Source: a virus (taxonomy: Duplodnaviria; Caudoviricetes). From it: a DNA stretch of 27,058 nucleotides. Below are positions 1-7,037 of the stretch, piece after piece. Location: positions 1 through 27,058 of the IMG/VR virus record IMGVR_UViG_3300017754_000810; one strand, written 5' to 3'. Each line of letters begins with the position of its first letter. Within the stretch, counting starts at the first letter, position 1. The position numbers and the translations under genes were made by a program. The notes under the pieces are model-generated. The model searched no databases and was not told the origin of the DNA. It was given only the letters and a program-made list of their open reading frames with translations.

Positions 1-2
1 CA

Positions 3-320
3 CCACCCGCAGAAGCTATGCGTAAGTACAGCATGGAGGAAGTCAATGAAATACTTAAGGCCGATCTTGCTAGGTTTGAGCGAGGCGTGGCTACCTATTG
101 TCCTGTTCCTCTTACTCAAGGACAGTTTGACGCATTGGTATCATTTTCATTCAATGTTGGGCTAGGCACACTTCAGCGGTCAACCATGCGCCAAAAGGTG
201 ATTCGTGGTGATATGAAGGGCGCAGCAGAAGAACTCTTGAAGTATTGCATGGCCGGGGGTAAAATTCTCAAAGGGCTGCAAAAGCGTCGCATCGACGAGC
301 GTGCCGTGTTTCTATCCTAG
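3..320 (+). CDS. Phage lysozyme/endolysin, GH24 family (5' end outside window)
   Basis: Motifs LTQGQFDALVSFSFNVG and GLQKRRIDE are typical of the C-terminal half of GH24 lysozymes. The frame is open from position 3 (CCA CCC GCA GAA GCT ATG) and the catalytic N-terminus is missing, so the ATG at 18 is probably internal. Confidence 0.9.
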   Translation, partial: PPAEAMRKYSMEEVNEILKADLARFERGVATYCPVPLTQGQFDALVSFSFNVGLGTLQRSTMRQKVIRGDMKGAAEELLKYCMAGGKILKGLQKRRIDERAVFLS

Positions 321-328
321 GACTGCCG

Positions 329-2389
329 ATGCCATTACAAAAAATACTGTTCAAGCCGGGTGTCAATAAAGAGAACACTCGCTACACCACGGAAGGTGGA
401 TGGTATGAGTGCGACAAAATTCGTTTCCGTCAAGGCAACCCTGAGATTCTTGGCGGCTGGCAACGCATCTCATCAAATACATTTAACGGCACTTGCCGTT
501 CGCTTTGGAACTGGACAACGCTGGGCAACCTCAACCTAGTAGGCGTCGGAACTAATACAAAGTTTTACATTCAAAACGGCGGCGCATACTATGACATCAC
601 GCCTATCCGAACAACAACTACGCTTGGAACAGACCCTTTTACTGGCAACGGCACAACCACAGTCACGGTGGCTGCTACATCGCACGGGGCAACTGACGGC
701 TCTTTTGTTACTTTCAGTGGTGTTACGGGCACGTACGCATCAGTCCTAAACGCCGAGTTCCAGATCACGCTTGTTAACGCCAACTCTTACACAATCACAA
801 CACCATCTGTGGTTGCAGCAGGGGCAACGGGCGGCTCAGCAGTTTCTGCGGTATACCAACTTAACGCTGGCCCTGCCTATGCTGTGCCTCTTACCGGCTG
901 GGGCGCTGGTGCTTGGGGCGCTGGTGCTTGGGGTGTAGGTACAACATCTACTACTAGCTTACAGCTTTGGAGTCAGATTAACTATGGCGAAGACTTGGTC
1001 TTTGGCCCACGCAATGGTGGCCTGTATTATTGGGATGCAACGGGCGGGGTAACAACTCGTGGCGTATTGCTTAACTCCCTTGGGGGCACAGTTACATTTA
1101 CTAACGCATCCCCTACGGTTGTAACATCAACAGTCCTCTACACAGAAGGCGCGGCGCTTAAGTTCTCTGGTGGCTCTCTACCAACAGGTGTTACTGCGGG
1201 TACTACTTACTATGTGTTTGAAGTCAACGGATTAACGTTTAAGTTACTAGATGGCGCGGGTGCTGCTGTTAATACATCTTCATCAGGCTCTGGCGCAGTG
1301 TCTACTATTGTTGACGTACCAACTGTGCAAAACAGCGTCACGGTGTCGGACATATCTAGATTTATTTTGGTGTTTGGCTGTAACGACTACGGCAGTGCAG
1401 TGCTTGACCCTATGCTGATCCGTTGGTCAGCGCAAGACGACCCATATAACTGGACGCCCGATCCTACTAACCAAGCAGGTTTTACACGCCTGTCTCACGG
1501 CTCTGAGATTGTCACTACGGTGCAGACTCGTCAGGAGATTGTGGTATTTACCGACTCAAGCGTATATTCACTTCAGTACCTTGGCCCACCCTATGTGTGG
1601 GCAGCGCAGTTGCTTGGTGACAACATTTCAATTCAAGGCCCCAACGCTGCGGTGATTGCTTCCGGTATTGTGTACTGGATGGGCGTGGATAAGTTCTACA
1701 TGTACGACGGTCGTGTACAAACGCTTAACTCTGACTTGCGTCGTCACATATTTGGAGACTTTAACCAAGCGCAGGCGGCGCAAGTGTTTGCCGGTACAAA
1801 CGAAGGTTTTAACGAAATCTGGTGGTTCTACTGCTCTTCTGGTAGCAACGAAATTAACCGTTACGTTATTTACAACTATGTTGAAAAAATCTGGTACTAC
1901 GGCACATTGGGACGCACGGCTTGGCTGGATTCTGGCTTGCTTGACTACCCCTTGGCGGCTACGTACAACAACAATTTGGTGTATCACGAGAACGGGTTAA
2001 ACAACAATGAAACCGGAACAACTACCGCTATTGATGCCTACATTTCATCCTCAGAGTTTGACATTGGCGACGGACATAATTTTGGTTTTGTGTGGCGCGT
2101 CCTTCCTGATCTGACGTTTGAGAATGCTGAAAACTCACCCACTGGCGCTACACCATCGGTGGCTATGACGCTATACGGCTTGGCAAATTCAGGTTCTGGT
2201 GTGACAAGTTCGGCCAGCCAACCCGTAGCTAAGAGCAGTACCTACGTGATTACCGAGCAGTTCACCGGCATGATCTTCACCCGCATGCGCGGTCGTCAAA
2301 TGATCTTTAAGATTAGCTCTAACCAGATCAATACGGTCTGGCAGTTGGGCGCACCCCGTATTGACATTAGACCGGATGGCAGACGCTAA
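329..2389 (+). CDS. Virion tail/head-closure (stabilisation, P22 gp10-like or tail tube B-like) protein, 686 aa
   Basis: Long beta-rich ORF with MLIRWS.Q.D...W.P...NQAG, VYWMG.D.FY.YDG.V..L, EIWWFY and C-terminal RGRQ...W.LG..RIDIRPDGRR, which I recognise from podovirus gp10-like proteins. TAGGA RBS upstream; lies just before the ejection genes. Confidence 0.72.
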   Translation: MPLQKILFKPGVNKENTRYTTEGGWYECDKIRFRQGNPEILGGWQRISSNTFNGTCRSLWNWTTLGNLNLVGVGTNTKFYIQNGGAYYDITPIRTTTTLGTDPFTGNGTTTVTVAATSHGATDGSFVTFSGVTGTYASVLNAEFQITLVNANSYTITTPSVVAAGATGGSAVSAVYQLNAGPAYAVPLTGWGAGAWGAGAWGVGTTSTTSLQLWSQINYGEDLVFGPRNGGLYYWDATGGVTTRGVLLNSLGGTVTFTNASPTVVTSTVLYTEGAALKFSGGSLPTGVTAGTTYYVFEVNGLTFKLLDGAGAAVNTSSSGSGAVSTIVDVPTVQNSVTVSDISRFILVFGCNDYGSAVLDPMLIRWSAQDDPYNWTPDPTNQAGFTRLSHGSEIVTTVQTRQEIVVFTDSSVYSLQYLGPPYVWAAQLLGDNISIQGPNAAVIASGIVYWMGVDKFYMYDGRVQTLNSDLRRHIFGDFNQAQAAQVFAGTNEGFNEIWWFYCSSGSNEINRYVIYNYVEKIWYYGTLGRTAWLDSGLLDYPLAATYNNNLVYHENGLNNNETGTTTAIDAYISSSEFDIGDGHNFGFVWRVLPDLTFENAENSPTGATPSVAMTLYGLANSGSGVTSSASQPVAKSSTYVITEQFTGMIFTRMRGRQMIFKISSNQINTVWQLGAPRIDIRPDGRR
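899..933 (+). repeat. Intragenic 15-bp tandem repeat (TGGGGCGCTGGTGCT x2 plus TGGGG) encoding WGAGA-WGAGA-WG
   Basis: Read directly from the sequence: 899-913, 914-928 and a partial copy at 929-933. Confidence 0.85.
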
Positions 2390-2661
2390 TGGCTGAACTA
2401 AACGCAACCCCACCAAGCTTGCCGCTGGCTCCACCGGAGTACGAGGTTCGCTACTTTGTCCAGCTAAATAACGTCTTGCGCCTGTATTTTAATCAGTTAA
2501 ACAACCCCGGCGACATGGGCGGCTCAACACTAAATTTAAACCTTGCCACACTGCCAACTGAAGCAGATCTGCCTAATTTGAGGCTTGGCGATGTTTACAG
2601 AGATACCCAAGATGGTGTACAAGCAACAAGCCAAATGCTTCGCATAAAGACGTCGACATGA
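2389..2661 (+). CDS. Small virion-module hypothetical protein, 90 aa
   Basis: Translationally coupled to the upstream gene (TAATG overlap at 2387-2391). Pattern PSLPLAPPEY...LNNVLRLYFNQL is typical of small proteins that follow gp10-like genes. Confidence 0.8.
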   Translation: MAELNATPPSLPLAPPEYEVRYFVQLNNVLRLYFNQLNNPGDMGGSTLNLNLATLPTEADLPNLRLGDVYRDTQDGVQATSQMLRIKTST

Positions 2662-2667
2662 TATTAT
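2639..2667 (+). promoter_or_regulatory. Candidate sigma70-type promoter for the ejection-protein operon
   Basis: TTCGCA (2639-2644), a 17-bp spacer, then TATTAT (2662-2667) preceded by an extended -10 TG at 2659-2660. A GAGAGG RBS follows before ATG 2696. Confidence 0.45.
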
Positions 2668-2695
2668 CTAGCAACCCCCATTTTGAGAGGCAAAA

Positions 2696-5600
2696 ATGAG
2701 CCTGCATAAGTTTGCCGAACAGGTAGCCGCACAAGGTCGCGGTGACGACTCTTTACTTGTACACATGACGCCGGACGAAGTCCAGCGCCTACAAGCTTTT
2801 GCCGAAGCCAATGGTCGAACAATGACCATTAACCCAGAGACAGGTTTGCCTGAAGCTGGCTTTTTGTCTGACCTTTTTAAAGCGGTTGCCCCTATTGCGC
2901 TTGGCGCGTTCCTTGGCCCCGGAGCTTTTGGTATTGCAGGTATGGGCTTAAGCGCGGGTACGGCAGGTTTGATTACTGGCGGCATTACTACTTTGGCTAC
3001 CGGCAGTTTGTCTCGCGGACTCATGGCCGGATTGGGTGCGTATGGTGGCGCTGGTTTGGCTCAAGGCGTTTTAGGCGCTGGAAACGCACAGCTTGCTTCA
3101 ACTATGTCTGAAGGCGCGCAGGCTGCTGCAGGTGCAGGAGACATGACTGCGGGTATGAACGCAGTTACAAAGGAGCAGGCACTATCTGCGGGGGCTAAAG
3201 CAGTCACAGCAACCCCAGAAGCATTTGGTACTTTTGCTAAAAGTAACCTTGGCAATCTTGCCTATGCCGCTTCGCCAATCCTAGCAGGCGCTATGGTTCC
3301 AACAACTACAAAGGTCGACGCTCCCAAGAACGACAACTACATTCGCCAGTTTGATTTCAACATCAACCCAGAAACAGGCAAACCCGACCCCCTGTACGGT
3401 ATGCGCGCTATGACGCCAGTCAAAGCCAACGAATTTGGAAACAAAACATTCCAAGGCCAGCGCGATCTATTTAGACAGCAAAACCCAAACCCGTACGACA
3501 TTGGTGTAGCTTCTTTAAATCGTCCACCACAGCAACAAATGGGTATGGCAGGTGGTGGCATTGTGGCTTTGGCTGAAGGCGGCGACCCTGTAGATTCTCC
3601 AACAGAGTTTGCTCCTGTTGGCGGTGCCCCAGTTACAAACAATATGACTGTTGAAGATTTGTACACCCAGATTCTGGGTCGTCAAGGTGAACAAGCTGGT
3701 TTAGATTACTGGAAGCAAGGTTTTGGTGACACTGTTGATGCTAATGAAATTGCCAGTTTTAGACAAGCGGCACAAGCAGAATTGGCAAATCGCACACCCG
3801 CAGAGCAATTACAACTTGCTCCTAATTTGGTAAACAATACCGGCATAGCTTCCTTGGGGAATGCTGGAGATATTAACTACGTAGCAAAAGATCCCGGCAT
3901 CATTACAGCTACAAACCAATACTTTGCAGCCAACCCCGACGTTGCTGCGGCATATGCCGTTAATAGTTATGGCATGACGCCTGAACAGTTTGCGCAGACA
4001 CACTACACAAATTCAGGTCAGTCTGAAGGGCGTGCAAGTCCGTTGACTACCACTTCAAATTCAAACGCTTATTTGTTGGCAAACCCTGATGTAGCTGCCG
4101 CATACGCTAAAAATAGTTATGGTATGACACCGGCAGAACTAGTTGCGTACCACTCCACTACATACGGAAATGCAGAGCAACGAGCAACCCCCATTGCCGA
4201 AGCGCAAAACATGGTGGCAAACATGTACCGCAACGTGCTTGGCCGTGATCCCGATCCCGAAGGCTTAGCTTTCTGGAGCAACGCTATTGCTGCTGGCCGT
4301 TCGCCTGAGAGTATCTATAAAGATTTCTTAACAAGCGCTCGTTCTAATACTGAGTTGGTTACTGCTGACCAAGTTAAAAACGCTACGTTTGCAGATGCTA
4401 CTAAAGCATACAAAGGCTACACATCTACCGATGCAAGCAACATCGTAGACGAATGGGTGCGCAACACTCTTGGACGTGATCCTACTGCAGCTGATAAAGC
4501 TCAGCAGTGGTACAAGGATGCGTATTCTTCTATGAAGACGCAAGAACAAGCAAAAGGTTTGTACGGCCAATTCCAAGGTTATGCAACCAAAGAAGCCACC
4601 ACAGAAATGGCTAACCGCATTAAAGCTATTGACGCAGAGTTAAAAGCCAAAAACTTGACAGAGGCGGATCTACTTGCACAAACAGGCAAGACTAAACAAC
4701 AGTTGGCTTCTGAAGGTTTGAACACTGGCTTGAACTGGATGGGTGCTTCTCAATTAGCACCCGCTGGCAGTAGGACAGCATACGATTTAAAAGCAAAACT
4801 AAAAGCGTTAACAAATACGCAAACGGTTTTAGACACAAACTCTCAAACAAACGCGCCTGCTGGTACAACCAACCCGTACGGCAATATTAACAATCCCGGC
4901 GATTTAACATTTAACGCTGACGGCACTACTACTGTAACGCCCAATATCCCCGGTCGTCCGTATGGCGGTTTCTCTGGCATTCAAGAAATAAAAGATGCCT
5001 ACACCAAAGGTGGCGGCAGTTTGGGTTACACATCCAGAGTGCCAAAGAGCCTTAACGAATTCAACCAGATGTATAACAAACAGACAGGTGACTCGTTAGC
5101 GGCGTACAACTACCTTATGGGCAAGGGCGCCAATCCAGTTAAATCTGGTGTGCCTAAACTTGCTGTGCCTTACGACGAGTTTGCGCTTGGTAAAAAGACT
5201 TCTGCTTTGAGTGCTGCTGATAAAGACACAATTATTGTTGGTGGTGTTAAATACAATCTAACAGACCCCACAAACCCACCTCCTGCCGATACCAAAGGCA
5301 CATGGACATGGAATGTACTGAACAAGCGCTGGATTAAAAAAGCGGCTGACGGCACTGTTATAAGCGATGGCAGCGGTGGTGGTATCGGCGGAGACGCAAC
5401 GTCAGGAACAAATTCTGCATCATCTTCTGCAAGTTCGGCAACAGATGGCAACACAGCCAACAGTATTAGCGGTTTGGCAGCGGCGGCAGACAATAGCATC
5501 GGTGTGTCTGATATGGGCCCCGGTATGAGCGGTAGTTCATCCGCAAGTGGTAGTGACGGTGCTGTAGGCACAGGCGGTATGGGCGGGGAAGGTGGCGACG

Positions 5601-6001
5601 GTGCTGGATCAGGTGGTGGCGCTGATAACGCTCGCGGGGGTTTGATGCCACACGGTTCGTACCGTATGGCCAACGGCGGCATGATGGGCTACGCAATTGG
5701 TGGCGGTCTAGGTTCTTTGGGTTCTTACTCAGATGGCGGGCGTTTGCTCAAAGGCCCCGGTGATGGCGTGTCTGACAGCATCCCTGCAACGATTGGCCGT
5801 AAGCAACAACCCGCACGTCTTGCCGATGGTGAGTTTGTAATCCCTGCACGTATCGTGTCTGAACTAGGCAACGGCTCTACAGATGCAGGCGCTAAGAAAC
5901 TCTACGCCATGATGGATCGTGTACAACGTGCACGAGGCAAGACCACAGGCAAAAACAAAGTAGCGGCCAATAGCCGTTCTGATAAATATCTTCCCGCGTA
6001 A
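2696..6001 (+). CDS. Probable internal virion/ejection protein with DUF4214-like and NPDV repeats, 1101 aa
   Basis: N-terminal GRGDDSLLVHMTPDEV...TINPETGLPEA and a Gly/Ala hydrophobic segment; three LGR-type repeats; two Y..ANPDV repeats; a Ser/Gly linker; C-terminal GPGDGVSDSIPA...LADGEFVIPA domain. Confidence 0.7.
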   Translation: MSLHKFAEQVAAQGRGDDSLLVHMTPDEVQRLQAFAEANGRTMTINPETGLPEAGFLSDLFKAVAPIALGAFLGPGAFGIAGMGLSAGTAGLITGGITTLATGSLSRGLMAGLGAYGGAGLAQGVLGAGNAQLASTMSEGAQAAAGAGDMTAGMNAVTKEQALSAGAKAVTATPEAFGTFAKSNLGNLAYAASPILAGAMVPTTTKVDAPKNDNYIRQFDFNINPETGKPDPLYGMRAMTPVKANEFGNKTFQGQRDLFRQQNPNPYDIGVASLNRPPQQQMGMAGGGIVALAEGGDPVDSPTEFAPVGGAPVTNNMTVEDLYTQILGRQGEQAGLDYWKQGFGDTVDANEIASFRQAAQAELANRTPAEQLQLAPNLVNNTGIASLGNAGDINYVAKDPGIITATNQYFAANPDVAAAYAVNSYGMTPEQFAQTHYTNSGQSEGRASPLTTTSNSNAYLLANPDVAAAYAKNSYGMTPAELVAYHSTTYGNAEQRATPIAEAQNMVANMYRNVLGRDPDPEGLAFWSNAIAAGRSPESIYKDFLTSARSNTELVTADQVKNATFADATKAYKGYTSTDASNIVDEWVRNTLGRDPTAADKAQQWYKDAYSSMKTQEQAKGLYGQFQGYATKEATTEMANRIKAIDAELKAKNLTEADLLAQTGKTKQQLASEGLNTGLNWMGASQLAPAGSRTAYDLKAKLKALTNTQTVLDTNSQTNAPAGTTNPYGNINNPGDLTFNADGTTTVTPNIPGRPYGGFSGIQEIKDAYTKGGGSLGYTSRVPKSLNEFNQMYNKQTGDSLAAYNYLMGKGANPVKSGVPKLAVPYDEFALGKKTSALSAADKDTIIVGGVKYNLTDPTNPPPADTKGTWTWNVLNKRWIKKAADGTVISDGSGGGIGGDATSGTNSASSSASSATDGNTANSISGLAAAADNSIGVSDMGPGMSGSSSASGSDGAVGTGGMGGEGGDGAGSGGGADNARGGLMPHGSYRMANGGMMGYAIGGGLGSLGSYSDGGRLLKGPGDGVSDSIPATIGRKQQPARLADGEFVIPARIVSELGNGSTDAGAKKLYAMMDRVQRARGKTTGKNKVAANSRSDKYLPA
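3920..4186 (+). repeat. Diverged intragenic duplication with a 150-nt period, encoding Y..ANPDVAAAYA.NSYGMTP...G..E.RA twice
   Basis: AACCCCGACGTTGCTGCGGCATATGCC at 3932 versus AACCCTGATGTAGCTGCCGCATACGCT at 4082; differences are mostly at third codon positions. Confidence 0.85.
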
Positions 6002-6011
6002 GGAATAGATC

Positions 6012-7034
6012 ATGGCAACACCAGTCTCCCAAATTCAAGAAGTCCAACAAGGCTTTGCGGAACCAATCCGCCCTTACGCAGAAGAACTGCTAGGTAAAGC
6101 ACAGCTTTATACTGACCCTGATCTAAATCCCTACATGCAGTACATGGGGGATCGCGTAGCTCAATTTAGTCCTTTGCAACAACAGTCGTATGAAAACGCG
6201 GCTTTGATGCAGACCGCGCCCCAGTTGGGCGATGCAACGGCTTTGGCTGGGCAAGCAGGTTTAGGTGCACTTAATACACAGTACACGTTTAAACCCTCTG
6301 ATTTTGCATCTACCTTTACACGCGATGCACAAGGGAACATGACTTCCCCGTTAATGAATCCATACATGCAAAGTGTAGTGGAGCGCCAGCAACAAGATGC
6401 ACAGCGTCAGTCCGACATTGCTATGCAAGCAATAAACGCGCAAGCTGCCCGTTCGGGAGCGTTTGGTGGTAGTGGTAACTATCTTATGCGTGGCCAAGCC
6501 GCAGGAAACTTGGCTCGTCAAAAAGGCGACATCCAAGCAACAGGATTAAACAACGCCTACCAGCAGGCAATGCAGCAGTACAACACCCAGAATCAACTGA
6601 ACGCACAGCAACAACAGTTTGGCGCAGGGCTAGGACTCCAAGGTTTGCAAACAGCAGGCACAATGGCCAACACTTTGGGCAATCTTGGCAATACGCAGTA
6701 CCAGCAAAACATGGGCATCAACCAGATGCAGAACCAGCTTGGTGCACAGCAGCAAACACAAGCTCAGAACATTCTGAACAATCAGTACCAAGACTATCTG
6801 AACTCTCAGAACTACCCATACAAGCAGATGGGCTTTATGTCTGACATGATTCGTGGTTTGCCTTTGACTCAACAGTCGCAAACAATGTATCAACAACCCC
6901 CATCAATGTTGCAGCAAGTTGCTGGCGCGGGTTTGGTTGGTAAAGGTCTTGGAATGTTTGCAGGCGGTGGTTCAGTGGGCGAGCGTCCTGCTGGTCTGGC
7001 AGACTTGGCTATCTACAGAATGGGTCAGGATTAA
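6012..7034 (+). CDS. Gln-rich probable DNA ejection/pilot protein, 340 aa
   Basis: Q/N/G-rich, with MNPYMQSVV and SGAFGGSG motifs and a C-terminal PSMLQQVAGAG amphipathic segment typical of podovirus ejection proteins. AAGGA RBS. Confidence 0.65.
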   Translation: MATPVSQIQEVQQGFAEPIRPYAEELLGKAQLYTDPDLNPYMQYMGDRVAQFSPLQQQSYENAALMQTAPQLGDATALAGQAGLGALNTQYTFKPSDFASTFTRDAQGNMTSPLMNPYMQSVVERQQQDAQRQSDIAMQAINAQAARSGAFGGSGNYLMRGQAAGNLARQKGDIQATGLNNAYQQAMQQYNTQNQLNAQQQQFGAGLGLQGLQTAGTMANTLGNLGNTQYQQNMGINQMQNQLGAQQQTQAQNILNNQYQDYLNSQNYPYKQMGFMSDMIRGLPLTQQSQTMYQQPPSMLQQVAGAGLVGKGLGMFAGGGSVGERPAGLADLAIYRMGQD

Positions 7035-7037
7035 ATC

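Noticed and set aside
3920-4186. Diversity-generating retroelement template/variable repeat pair
   Set aside because: The differences between copies are mostly synonymous rather than adenine-specific, both copies are in frame in one gene, and no reverse transcriptase is present in the window.
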